The position numbers and the translations under genes were made by a program. This document shows, in pieces, positions 1-9,319 of a stretch of 64,000 bases of DNA. The stretch comes from Spirochaetia bacterium (lineage in GTDB: Bacteria; Spirochaetota; Spirochaetia; SZUA-6; Bin103), in NCBI GenBank assembly GCA_965198005.1, contig CBDAOI010000004.1, positions 1,600,001-1,664,000 of the forward strand, written 5' to 3'. Numbering within the stretch: position 1 is the first letter of the stretch; each line of letters starts with the position of its first letter. The notes beneath the pieces were generated by a model, which was given only the letters and a program-made list of their open reading frames with translations, was not told where the DNA came from and searched no databases.

Positions 1-160
1 CTGTTCATGCCGGCAGTATAACCTACGCCCGTCCTCGGGGACGAAGTTCCGGCGGCTACCCCAGCCGGACAGTCCCTGCGCCCCGCTGCTCGGTTGCAGA
101 CCGTCGGCGAAGCGGCGCGACCAGGGAACTTTGACCCCCGGACCCGGCTTAGCTATCTTC

Positions 161-189
161 TTGACAGACATATCGGCGGCACAGATGCT
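161..189 (+). promoter_or_regulatory. sigma70-like promoter for higBA-1 (probably leaderless)
   Basis: TTGACA (161-166), 17 bp, GATGCT (184-189); ATG follows at 195. Confidence 0.5.
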
Positions 190-194
190 TGGCC

Positions 195-483
195 ATGATA
201 TGGTCCTTCAAGGACAAGGAGACAGCGCGGATCTTTCACCAACAGTGGTCGACCAAGTTTCCGAGAGATATCCAGGCGCGTGCCCTCAAGAAGTTGCTGC
301 TGCTGAACGCCGCTGAGTCTGAGATGGACCTGCGCAATCCGCCGGGCAACCGCCTGGAACGTCTCAAGTCTCAAAGGTGATAGGGCCGGAGAGATGTCGA
401 TCCGCATCAATCGGCAGTGGCGAATCTGCTTTCGGTTCCGAGCGGGTCACGCCTCTGACGTCGAAATCGAAGATTACCATTAG
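195..483 (+). pseudogene. higB: HigB/RelE-family toxin, frameshifted by a 7-bp tandem duplication
   Basis: MIWSFKDKETARIF...PPGNRLERLK, then in another frame GDRAGEMSIRINRQWRICFRF...IEDYH*; GTCTCAA is doubled at 361-374. Confidence 0.9.
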
Positions 484-497
484 CGAGGTGTCGCGCC

Positions 498-821
498 ATG
501 GCTACGAATTATAGGCCCGCGTTGGCGGGGAAAATCCCGACGCCGACGGTGGGCGAAATCCTCCAGGAAGAGTTTCTTCAGCCACTGGGGATGACGCCCT
601 ACCGCCTTGCGAAAGAGCTGCGGGTGGCCACAAGTTCGATACTTGACCTAGTCCACGGGCGCCGCCGCCTCTCGGTCGACATGGCGTTGAGGCTGGCGCG
701 CCTCTTCGGCACGACGGAGAGATTCTGGCTGAACCTGCAGAACGAGATCGACGTGCGTAATCGCCGAGACGAGTTGAGTCGGGAGCTCGAGGCAATCCAG
801 CCCGTCGCCCACGACGGATGA
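498..821 (+). CDS. higA: HigA-family HTH antitoxin
   Basis: PTVGEILQEEFL..LGMT.YRLAK...MALRLARLFGTT..FWLNLQ; lies downstream of higB. Confidence 0.92.
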   Translation: MATNYRPALAGKIPTPTVGEILQEEFLQPLGMTPYRLAKELRVATSSILDLVHGRRRLSVDMALRLARLFGTTERFWLNLQNEIDVRNRRDELSRELEAIQPVAHDG

Positions 822-886
822 GCCGCCGCAACACCAAGGAGCAAGCCAACGCGTTTCGAAGATTGGCTAACCTACCTCCACACGCG

Positions 887-1097
887 CAAGGGGCCTTCGG
901 ACACGTTCTGAATCGGCCAATGGGCCCTTTTGCCGGATCACGGATGTCGCCATTGTGCTGATGTAGCGGGCGCACCGCTAGTGACGGTTGGCCGGTGGTG
1001 CCGGCGTGGATCGTGGCGGCGTGAGAGGTAGCGCTGCCACGTCATGCCGCCGCTTCATCGGCCGCGGCAGAGTTCGTAATCGGTGACCTCCACCCGT
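887..1097. repeat. ~210-bp non-coding repeat, copy 1 (copy 2 at ~10308-10518)
   Basis: Near-identical text CAAGGGGCCTTCGGACACGTTCTGAATCGG...CCTCCACCCGT at both places. Confidence 0.9.
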
Positions 1098-1554
1098 AAT
1101 GGTGAGTACCGTGTTATGTGGAGCTGCGGTTGTAAGTTCATGTATGGTGGTGGTTTGCGGTTGACGCACTCACCATAAGCATGCCCCACCCCCTGGTGAC
1201 AACAGTCTCCCTATGCGCGCATCACCATGCAGATGAAGCGCAAGGACGCGGCTCTCGCGCCAAACACTGACAGCTGCGGCTAGCGGCTGCCTGTCTGGCA
1301 TGAAGACGAGGCCCTGCTGGCCTATCTGGAGAGCCTCGGTCGACCGCACGATCATGTGGCGAGCTCTCAGCAGGAAAATCATGTGACGAAAGGAGTTGCA
1401 GGCGCCAACTCGTAAACATTCGGTTCACTGGTATCCCCGAGGGTAGTGAGTAAGCGCGCTGGCGCGCTGAACGGTAACCACTGACACTCAAGTTTCGAAG
1501 TTTCGACTGGACACTCCCGAATTCGGGTGTTAGATTCTTGTAGGCGAGAGCTGG

Positions 1555-3207
1555 ATGAGGGGAACTGCTCGGCACACTGACGAGGAACGGCGCGGGGAGC
1601 GCTGCGCGGGGGGATGTGTCCACGTGGTAGCGAAACTGCGGCGGGAGAACCTGGAGCTCAAGCAGCAGGCGGGGTACTACCGGGCGCTGCACCGCAAAGC
1701 GGTGGCGCGCGAGCGGCGACTGAAAGAGCAGCTGAGCGGGGTGCGGACGAAGGCCCGGGAGTTGCGGCAGCAGCTGCGGGAACGGCGGGCGCGGCGCAAC
1801 AACAAGAGCGAGAAGCGCGCCAAGAGCGGCAGCGGCAGCAGCGGCAGCGAGGCGGCGGCAGCGCCGCGCCCGCGGGGCCAGCAACCCGGGTCGAGTGGGC
1901 ATGGCCGGCGCGACCACTCAGCGCTGCCGGCGCAGGAGGAACACCACAAGCTGGAGCCGAACGCGCGCTGCTGTCCCCAGTGTGGCGGGGAGTACGGCGC
2001 GGCCGGCAGCGAGGACTCCGAGGTGCTGGAGATTGAAGTGCGCGCCCACCGGCGGGTGATCAAGCGCCAGCGGTACCACTGCAGTTGCGAGTGCGCCGGG
2101 GTGCCGCGGGTGCTCACCGCGCCGGCGCCGCCACGGCTGATTCCGAAGGGGATTCTGGGGGTCTCGATCTGGGTGCAGGTGCTGCTCGACAAGTACCGCT
2201 TTCACCGACCGACCTATCGGCTGCTGGAAGACCTGAGCACGCATGGCCTGGAGCTTGCGCAAGGCACCGTCACCGACGGCCTGAAACGGCTGGCGCCGCT
2301 GTTTGCGCCGCTGCTGGAGGCGCTGCGCGCGCGCAACCTCCAGGGTGACCACTGGCATGCCGACGAGACCGGCTGGTACGTGTTTGAAGCGACTGACGAG
2401 CAGGCTGGCCAGCGCTGGTGTCTGTGGGTGTTCTGGGGTCGTGAGGCGGTGGTGTTCACCCTTGATCGGACGCGCTCGGCGCGGGTGCCGAAGGAGCATT
2501 TTGCGGGGGTGGCGGGAGGCATCGTGAGTGTCGACCGGTATTCCTCCTACAAACGGTTGGCCAAGGACACCCCGCTGGAATTGCAGTACTGCTGGGCGCA
2601 TGTTCGACGCGATTTTATCCGCGTGGCCGAGAAATGGGACGAGCACCGGGAATGGGGCGAGCAGTGGCTGGAGCTGATCGGCGAGCTGTATCACTTGAAT
2701 GCTGTACGCCTGCCGGTGTGCAACGACCCCGTACAGTGGGCTGCGGCCGACGCGGCGCTGCGCGCGGCGGTAACAGCGATGGCGCAGCGGTTGGAGCGCG
2801 AACTGGCACAGCCGAAGCTGCCTCAGGCACGCAAGAAAGTGCTTACCAGTCTGCGCAACCACTGGTCAGGGCTGATCCGGTTCGTCGACCAGCCCGCTAT
2901 CCCGATGGACAACAATCAGGCCGAACGCGCGTTGCGCGGGCCGGTGGTGGGGCGCAAGAACTACTACGGCTCGGGGGCGACCTGGAGCGGTGAGTTGACC
3001 GCCACGCTGTTCAGCCTGTTCCACACGCTCGAGTTGTGGCAGATCAACCCGCGCATTTGGCTGACCGAGTACCTGAATGCATGCGCCGCCGCCGGCAGTC
3101 GGGTGCCGGAGGACTTTGAGCGCTTCCTGCCCTGGAACCGCCGCGACCGGCAAGCACCGCGCGCCTCGCCAGCCCCGCCAGGGGCTGCCCCGCAGCGCGC
3201 CGCCTGA
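1555..3207 (+). CDS. tnpC: IS66-family DDE transposase
   Basis: Coiled-coil N-terminus, CPQCGG zinc finger, HADETGW, VSVDRYSSY, QYCWAHVRRDF, DNNQAERALR. Confidence 0.93.
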   Translation: MRGTARHTDEERRGERCAGGCVHVVAKLRRENLELKQQAGYYRALHRKAVARERRLKEQLSGVRTKARELRQQLRERRARRNNKSEKRAKSGSGSSGSEAAAAPRPRGQQPGSSGHGRRDHSALPAQEEHHKLEPNARCCPQCGGEYGAAGSEDSEVLEIEVRAHRRVIKRQRYHCSCECAGVPRVLTAPAPPRLIPKGILGVSIWVQVLLDKYRFHRPTYRLLEDLSTHGLELAQGTVTDGLKRLAPLFAPLLEALRARNLQGDHWHADETGWYVFEATDEQAGQRWCLWVFWGREAVVFTLDRTRSARVPKEHFAGVAGGIVSVDRYSSYKRLAKDTPLELQYCWAHVRRDFIRVAEKWDEHREWGEQWLELIGELYHLNAVRLPVCNDPVQWAAADAALRAAVTAMAQRLERELAQPKLPQARKKVLTSLRNHWSGLIRFVDQPAIPMDNNQAERALRGPVVGRKNYYGSGATWSGELTATLFSLFHTLELWQINPRIWLTEYLNACAAAGSRVPEDFERFLPWNRRDRQAPRASPAPPGAAPQRAA

Positions 3208-3212
3208 CGCTG

Positions 3213-4094
3213 GTGCGCTACTGCGGGCGCACCTTCAGCGTGCAGGAGCTGGAGTTGATCCGCAGCCTCATGGCCGAGCATCCGGGCCACCATCGGCTGG
3301 CCCTGTCGCGGCTGGTCTGCGAACGGCTCGACTGGCGGCGCCCCAACGGGGGACTGAAGGATATGAGTTGTCGGGTCGCCCTGCTGCGCATGCACCGTGC
3401 CGGCCTGATCCAACTACCCCCACCACGGCAGGCCTGCTACAACGGCCGCCTGCGGCGTCGCCGCACGCCGCAGGCAGAGCCCCAATCACCGATCACCGGC
3501 AGCCTCCAGGGGCTGTCCGAACTGCACCTGCGCCCGCTCGCCACGGGCGCCGAAGCGGCGCTCTGGCGCGAGTACGTGGACCGCTACCATTACCTCGGCT
3601 ACACCCCGCTGGCGGGAGCACAACTGCGCTATCTGGTGCTCAGCGGGCCGCAGGTGCTCGCCGTGCTGGGGTTTGCCGCCTGCGCCTGGAAGGTGGCGCC
3701 GCGCGACCGGTTCATCGGCTGGAGTGCGGCCCAACGCGAGGCCCGCTTGCCGCTCGTGGTCAACAACGCCCGCTTCCTGATCCTGCCGTGGGTGCAGGTC
3801 AAGAACCTCGCCTCCTGGGTGCTCGCGCGCAGCTGCCGCCGGTTGCCGGAGGACTGGCACAGCCGCTACGGCTACCGCCCCCTGCTGCTGGAGACCTTCG
3901 TCCAGTCCGATCGGTTCGTCGGCACCAGCTACCGTGCCGCCAATTGGATCCACGTCGGGCAAACCCAAGGCCGCGGCAAACTCGATGTCCACAACCAACA
4001 CGCTCTGCCCAAGAAGGACATCTGGCTCTATCCGCTCCGCCGCGATTTCCGCCGCCGCCTCTGCGCCCCGCTCGATCCTCACCCCAACCAGTAG
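3213..4094 (+). CDS. DUF4338 (DruA-like) domain protein
   Basis: RYHYLGY, AWKVAPRDRFIGW, NNARFLILPWV..KNLAS, LLETFV, GTSYRAANW..VG.T.GRG. Confidence 0.85.
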   Translation: MRYCGRTFSVQELELIRSLMAEHPGHHRLALSRLVCERLDWRRPNGGLKDMSCRVALLRMHRAGLIQLPPPRQACYNGRLRRRRTPQAEPQSPITGSLQGLSELHLRPLATGAEAALWREYVDRYHYLGYTPLAGAQLRYLVLSGPQVLAVLGFAACAWKVAPRDRFIGWSAAQREARLPLVVNNARFLILPWVQVKNLASWVLARSCRRLPEDWHSRYGYRPLLLETFVQSDRFVGTSYRAANWIHVGQTQGRGKLDVHNQHALPKKDIWLYPLRRDFRRRLCAPLDPHPNQ

Positions 4095-4377
4095 ACCGAA
4101 TATTTACGCCAACTCCACATAACACGGTACTCACCATTACGGGTGGAGGTCACCGAGCATCCGGCGTGACACCGCCCCGGCTACCGGTCGGCCGCGCGAA
4201 GTTCGTTCGCGCGCACCCGTGGGTCGGCGCGGCGATGGCGAAGCCGAAGGCTGCCCGCGCCGGGGTGATCGAGCGCGAAGACATCAGGGCCGACCAGTCG
4301 CATCTCGCCTTGCTGACTGGGCTGGACGGCGACCCGGCGCAGGCGCGTGGCGTCTATGCCGCCGCAGGCGGGCTCTC

Positions 4378-5301
4378 TTAAACCGACCCGGCGGCTCCGG
4401 CACCGAGACTACCACCGCCCCTCAGCCTCGGGTCGAGCAGATCCCTCATGGCGTCGCCGAACATGTTCAGACTGTAAATCACAATAGTCAGGCAAAAACC
4501 GGGCCAGAGAGCCAGCCGTGGCGCCGTCTCCATGAATTCGCGCCCTTCCCGGCTGAGCAGACCTCCCCACTCAGGAATCGTGAATGGCAGACCGTATCCG
4601 AGGAAGCTCAGAGAAGCAATACTCAGGATCGTGCCTCCTACGTTTATGCTGAATATGATGATTACGACAGGCGCAATATTGGGCAGGAGATGTCGGATAA
4701 GTGTTCTCCATCTTGAGGAGCCAATCGCTTCCGCCGTCTGAAAATACACATTCTCTTTAATGCCAATAACGGCGCCTCTAACTACTCTTGAGCCGCCGAT
4801 GCCTCCGGCGATCCCCAGGACCAGTATTATCTGTAACACACCCCGTCCCACTATGGACATTAACGTTAACAACAGGAGCAATCCCGGGAAACACATCCAG
4901 GCATCGACAAATCTCTGCACAACCAGGTCGAATTTACCACCAAGGAATCCTGAGGTGCCACCTATCAGGGTACTGACCACAACATTGAGAGCGGTCGTGG
5001 CCAGACCAACAAGTAACGAAATACGAGCCGCGAAGATAAGGCGGCTCAAGAAGTCTCGTCCCATGTGGTCTGTACCGAGGAGATACTGGGTTGATGGGAC
5101 CTTCATTATGTCATACAGGTGTACTTCATCATATGGATAAGGAGTCAGAACATCGGCAAAGATAGCTACAAAAATCAATAGCAATATGATAATCCCGCAG
5201 GCAGTACCCAACGGCTTCTCCTTGACCAGCCTGATGAAGAAATCAGCCAGACCGGCACGTCCATTTGGCTCACTTACAGCCGACGGTATCTCGTCACTCA
5301 T
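4378..5301 (-). CDS. Peptide/nickel ABC permease (OppC/DppC)
   Basis: LGTDHMGRD, RHLLPN, SLSFLGYG..PEWG, FGDAMRDLLDPR. Confidence 0.93.
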   Translation of the reverse strand: MSDEIPSAVSEPNGRAGLADFFIRLVKEKPLGTACGIIILLLIFVAIFADVLTPYPYDEVHLYDIMKVPSTQYLLGTDHMGRDFLSRLIFAARISLLVGLATTALNVVVSTLIGGTSGFLGGKFDLVVQRFVDAWMCFPGLLLLLTLMSIVGRGVLQIILVLGIAGGIGGSRVVRGAVIGIKENVYFQTAEAIGSSRWRTLIRHLLPNIAPVVIIIFSINVGGTILSIASLSFLGYGLPFTIPEWGGLLSREGREFMETAPRLALWPGFCLTIVIYSLNMFGDAMRDLLDPRLRGGGSLGAGAAGSV

Positions 5302-5319
5302 GTTCTTGATTATCCCCCT

Positions 5320-6327
5320 TTATCTATAACGGACCCTAGGGTCTAAAAAGGGATACATCAGGTCGATCACTAGATTGATCCCCATAACCGCGGTGGCGAA
5401 AAACAGGTTTATTCCGGAGACCGCCGGGTAGTCTCGGTCATTGAGGGCGTTCACCATGAGGCGACCTAGCCCCGGCAGGTTGAATATGTTTTCTATGATA
5501 ACGGAGCCGCCTACCAGGAGAGGCAACTGCATGCCAATGAGGGTAACTACCGGGATGAATGCATTCTTGAGGACGTGTCTCATAACAACCACCCTCTCCT
5601 TCAGACCCTTGGACCATGCCGTCCTGATATAGTCCTGCCTGAGCACCTCCAGCATTGCGGTACGCGTCAGCCGCATGGTGGCTGCAGAATAGGCCGTCCC
5701 CAGAATCAGGCTGGGAATGATGAACATCCCCAGATTCCCCAGCGGGTCTTCCGTGAAAGAAATCAGCTCCATCGGAGGCGACCAGCCCCACCAGATTGCC
5801 GGGAAGATAATGACCATCAGGGCCAGCCAGAAGTTAGGCGTTGCCAGGCCGATGACGGCGATGGTGCGTCCAGCATAGTCGGTGGCTGTATCCTCACGAA
5901 TCGCCGAGTAGATGCCGACTGGCAGGGCTATCACCAGCCCGATTACGATTGCCATGGCGCCAAGCTGAATGGTTACCGGCAATCTACCTATTATCTTCTC
6001 CTCTATCGAAAAACCGCCAAGAGTCCATGATTTGCCAAGGGTGCCCTGCAGGAGACCCTTGAAGTGGGACTCACCGGTACCCCAGTCAGGGGTTGGCAAT
6101 ACTCCTATCCAGCGTCCATACTGCACGTGAACATGCGCGTCTAATCCCAGATAACGCATAATAGCTTCACGGTCAATCTCGATCCCCGCACCCCAGGCCT
6201 GCATCCTATTCACCGTTGCGTCTATGACATCGCCCGGAAGGAGCCGGACCGCGAGAAAGACCAGGATGGTCAATATAAACAGGGTGGGGATTATCAGCAA
6301 TAACCGCCTGATGATATAGGCTCTCAC
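5320..6327 (-). CDS. Peptide/nickel ABC permease (OppB/DppB)
   Basis: GTG start (V)RAYIIRRLL; EVLRQDYIRTAWSKGL, FNLPGLG, RDYP. Confidence 0.93.
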   Translation of the reverse strand: MRAYIIRRLLLIIPTLFILTILVFLAVRLLPGDVIDATVNRMQAWGAGIEIDREAIMRYLGLDAHVHVQYGRWIGVLPTPDWGTGESHFKGLLQGTLGKSWTLGGFSIEEKIIGRLPVTIQLGAMAIVIGLVIALPVGIYSAIREDTATDYAGRTIAVIGLATPNFWLALMVIIFPAIWWGWSPPMELISFTEDPLGNLGMFIIPSLILGTAYSAATMRLTRTAMLEVLRQDYIRTAWSKGLKERVVVMRHVLKNAFIPVVTLIGMQLPLLVGGSVIIENIFNLPGLGRLMVNALNDRDYPAVSGINLFFATAVMGINLVIDLMYPFLDPRVRYR

Positions 6328-6349
6328 GTGACACACCTCATTACGATTG

Positions 6350-6565
6350 CCCCCGTCATTCCGGTGAAAACCGCAATCCACCTTCCACGTCTTTCCGGCC
6401 CCTTCCAGTGAAGGGCTTGTCCTGAACGAAGTTGAAGGGCGCGGCATTCTCTAAGGTGCGAATGACCCCTGCCAAGAAACTCGCCTCTCACCGTTTTGGG
6501 GAGTTCAGAGGGGTGAAACCCCTTTGAAACGGGGAATCAAGGGGGTTTCCCCCTTGATTCCCCCT
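6350..6565. repeat. Cluster of REP-like palindromes
   Basis: CGTCATTCCGGTGAAAACCGCAATCC; GTCCTGAACGAAGTTGAAGGG; CAGAGGGGTGAAACCCCTTTG; GGGGAATCAAGGGGGTTTCCCCCTTGATTCCCC. Confidence 0.55.
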
Positions 6566-6599
6566 GTCCAGGGTTCAAGGATCACTCGATAGAACATCT

Positions 6600-6947
6600 G
6601 TAGCCCATCGTTGGTGAAGGCCCCATCCCCCTGTATCCGGCCGGGTAGAATCGCGGCGCGCGCAAGCCTTAGGCAGAGATTCATAACCACCTCGCTCTTT
6701 CGATTGCGAGGCAGGGGGTCATATTTCGGGGCTGCAGACATTCCTTTATGTTCAGGCTCCTGTGCTCGCTCGACCCTCTGGATGCCCCCACCTTGCAGTC
6801 CTGTGCCTAACAAAGCGGCAGGGCCTTATACACCACGCAGCTATCGTGCGGTTACCCAACACGAACTGTGGCATCACTACGTACCCGAACCGGGTAATTG
6901 GTACGGCCGGTTCTTCCCCGGCTGGAATGCAGTCTTGTCGGCTGCTC
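6600..6947 (-). ncRNA. Probable 5' fragment (domain I) of a group II intron-like structured RNA
   Basis: Starts GAGCAGCCGACAAGACTGC then CCGG-GGAAGAA-CCGG; later GAAA-capped hairpin CCTCGCAATC-GAAA-GAGCGAGG; no credible ORF. Confidence 0.45.
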
Positions 6948-6954
6948 AAAACCC

Positions 6955-8778
6955 CTAATAACCCATTGCTTCCTTCAGCTCCTGGTCGATCCAGAGGCGG
7001 GCGGCGATGACATACTCAAATTGGGTTTGTCCTATTTGCCATTCTCTGTTAAGACCTTTGACCCACGGCTGGGTCGCGCCTATCGATGGTAGTTCCTCAC
7101 CCCATACGGACCAGTACCTCTCTATTGCGTACATATTCAGCTCTCTCACCAACGGCAATTGCTCTTCTTCTGTGCTTACCAATCGGCCGGCTTCGTACAT
7201 GGCGTCATAAGCCGGATCGCTCACATTGGGGCGGTTAAAGGAAGAACCAGTCACGTAAGTACTCATCGTTCCGAAAGGCGCTTTCCTAGTGCCCAATACC
7301 GTAGCAATCATGTCATGATCTCTATTTGCAGCGCGAGGACCTAGCTCCGCACCTGTCACTGGCTCAATCTCTAGATCAACGCCAATGTCACGATAGTATG
7401 TAGCGGCTATTAATTCTGCATAGCTCACATCGGCGGCGTCATGCCAGGTCAATGTGGCCTTGAACCTGATGCCGTCGGCCCCGCGCGGATACCCCGCCTC
7501 ATCAAGGAGCTTCTCGGCCCCTGCCGGGTCATACATATAGCCTTTCTTGACCTCTTCGGGCCACTCTTCAAATGGGATGCCAGCCACTGGGACATCGTTG
7601 CCTACCGTTCCCTGAGGTATCCAGTTTCCCCACCCTTTGAAGTAGGTATCGTGAATTGTCTCAAAGTCCAGTGCCATGTTCATTGCCTTGCGCACCCGGA
7701 TGTCATCAAAGGGTGGCCTCTCCGTGTTCATGCTAAAACTATTAAGCGACCGTACCCAATGCTCGGTTATGACGATTTCGGGGTTGGTCCGCTGCAGGCT
7801 CTCCACTTTGTCGATACTGCCGAACATCCTATAGGCATGCAAGCCGGTGTAATCGATCTTACCCGTGCGCAGCGCCGCCAGCTGCGTTGCGTGTTCTGGT
7901 ATAATCAGGCCCCTTAACTCGTCAATATAGGGCAGTCGGTTCCCCGGGTATTTTTCGTCGTCGCTCCAGTAGTTACGATTCTTGGTATAGGTTACAGAGC
8001 TGCCGTCGACATACTCAGTCAGCATAAAGGGCCCAGTGCCGACCACGTTCCTCCAATCCTTCATGTCTCCGTATTCCTCGATTACCTCCCGTGGAACAAT
8101 GATGTGAACTACAGGGTCGATGATAGACCGCAGCGCACGGGGGTCTGGCTGCTTCAGCTTAAAAACAACCGTCCATTTGTCCGTTGCTGTTATCGATTCG
8201 ATCGGTATAGCATCCCACCCATCATACCCGAGGCCGGGGGTAGGTTCGGCTTCGGAGAATTCGCCCATAGCAAGATTGCGTTGAAAGGTATATTCTACAT
8301 CATAGGCAGTCATCTCCCGACCGTTCACCGGTGGCTTGTCATGCCAGTGAACGCCCTTGCGGATGTGGAAGGTATAGGTGAGGCCGTCCTCGGAAATATC
8401 CCAGCTTTCCGCCAGCGCACCTCTTAAGGTAGATAGAGGAGTGGAAAAACCTGAGAAGTCAAATATGTCCCTATCTATTCCCCAGTCGCCGATGCTTAGC
8501 TTCTCTAGAACACCTTGGCTCATTATGTAGAGGACACAGCCGTGGGAATAATACGGGTCAGCAGTCGGACAAAGCCCCTTTTCACTCCTGCCAATGGTTA
8601 ATGTCCCGCCATACTCCGGCGCGGTCACCATCTTGCCGGTGGTGGGGTCGAGCACCATTTCCTTCTCGGCAGCGGCTGCCGGCGCCTCTTCCTCTGCGCC
8701 GGCGGCCCAGAGGCCGGTTGCGGTCATTACGAGGACCAACGCAACCGCGAAGGTCATTCTAATTCTTACAATGTCCAT
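6955..8778 (-). CDS. Family-5 ABC substrate-binding protein (paralog 1)
   Basis: Signal peptide ...TGLWAAG; GALAESW, GTGPF, RVRKAM..ALD, A.KLLDEAGY; GGAG RBS. Confidence 0.93.
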   Translation of the reverse strand: MDIVRIRMTFAVALVLVMTATGLWAAGAEEEAPAAAAEKEMVLDPTTGKMVTAPEYGGTLTIGRSEKGLCPTADPYYSHGCVLYIMSQGVLEKLSIGDWGIDRDIFDFSGFSTPLSTLRGALAESWDISEDGLTYTFHIRKGVHWHDKPPVNGREMTAYDVEYTFQRNLAMGEFSEAEPTPGLGYDGWDAIPIESITATDKWTVVFKLKQPDPRALRSIIDPVVHIIVPREVIEEYGDMKDWRNVVGTGPFMLTEYVDGSSVTYTKNRNYWSDDEKYPGNRLPYIDELRGLIIPEHATQLAALRTGKIDYTGLHAYRMFGSIDKVESLQRTNPEIVITEHWVRSLNSFSMNTERPPFDDIRVRKAMNMALDFETIHDTYFKGWGNWIPQGTVGNDVPVAGIPFEEWPEEVKKGYMYDPAGAEKLLDEAGYPRGADGIRFKATLTWHDAADVSYAELIAATYYRDIGVDLEIEPVTGAELGPRAANRDHDMIATVLGTRKAPFGTMSTYVTGSSFNRPNVSDPAYDAMYEAGRLVSTEEEQLPLVRELNMYAIERYWSVWGEELPSIGATQPWVKGLNREWQIGQTQFEYVIAARLWIDQELKEAMGY

Positions 8779-8802
8779 AGTAGCTCCGTATGTAGATTTT
8801 TC

Positions 8803-8842
8803 GAGAGTATTGCGGAGCGACTTGCGCTCCCTGGCTACTCTC
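8803..8842 (-). promoter_or_regulatory. Conserved GAGAGTA...TACTCTC stem-loop before SBP start
   Basis: Outer stem GAGAGTA/TACTCTC and inner GGAGCG/CGCTCC; outer stem recurs at 25639-25679 and 51173-51217. Confidence 0.7.
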
Positions 8843-8938
8843 ATGCCCGCAACAGCGGGCGCGCCCGCCAACGCGGACGGCCAGTTTGAGTCAAATGGCT
8901 GAAGCGCGCGGCGTGTGACTCACCGGGTTCACCCGGGC

Positions 8939-8974
8939 TCACGCCGCGCGCGCGTGCGGTTCTTTCAGTATCAT
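8939..8974 (-). CDS. Putative leader peptide MILKEPHARAA
   Basis: AGGAGGTG SD; same peptide at 25533-25568 with synonymous differences. Confidence 0.7.
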   Translation of the reverse strand: MILKEPHARAA

Positions 8975-9305
8975 CTTCACCTCCTTCTTGGGGCACAGGG
9001 TGCCCTGCGAGATGGCTGACGTAAGATGGGATCCGCGTGCGCGCCCCATCATGCAAACGCCCACCGCTCGGCGGACGTCGGGACCTGCGTCACAACGCCA
9101 CGCGGGGCGGTGGTCGGCCGAGCAACGAATGTGTTTGGCCGGCGACGTGGGCGGTCGGTTCTGTGACGGTGAGTTGGGGGGCGGGGATCCAGGACCGGTG
9201 CAGTCGTAGCCGGCCGCTACCCCGGTGCTGAAGGCGACGGCGTGCGCGGGGGCACGTAGGGGGCGATCAGCCGGAGCGGTTAGTTGTTTCTCGGTTTGAA
9301 AAAGT

Positions 9306-9315
9306 GGGGGGGGGG
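9306..9315. repeat. G10 homopolymer (C10 on SBP sense strand)
   Basis: Direct count; homologous tracts at 24996, 51549, 56962. Confidence 0.9.
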
Positions 9316-9319
9316 TATG

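Larger units (their letters stand above)
1412..4107 (+). mobile_element. IS66-family element (transposase + DUF4338 gene)
   Basis: Imperfect IRs GTAAACATTCGGTTCACTGG / GTAAATATTCGGTCTACTGG; 8-bp TSD GCCAACTC at 1404-1411 and 4108-4115. Confidence 0.93.
1096..4140 (+). mobile_element. Internally deleted RIT-like (tyrosine recombinase) mini-element of ~340 bp, interrupted by IS66
   Basis: 28-bp perfect terminal IR GTAATGGTGAGTACCGTGTTATGTGGAG (1096-1123 / 4113-4140); residual frame YARITMQMKRK...WHEDEALLAYLESL (1212-1340) resembles the C-terminus of a RIT integrase. Confidence 0.6.

Noticed and set aside
3213-4094. Complete Druantia system
   Set aside because: No DruE helicase or other dru genes; the gene lies inside an IS
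6505-6949. TnpB or RAYT remnant (NRKSE, YVVMP look-alikes)
   Set aside because: Matches too short and lacking catalytic context; RNA-structure reading fits better
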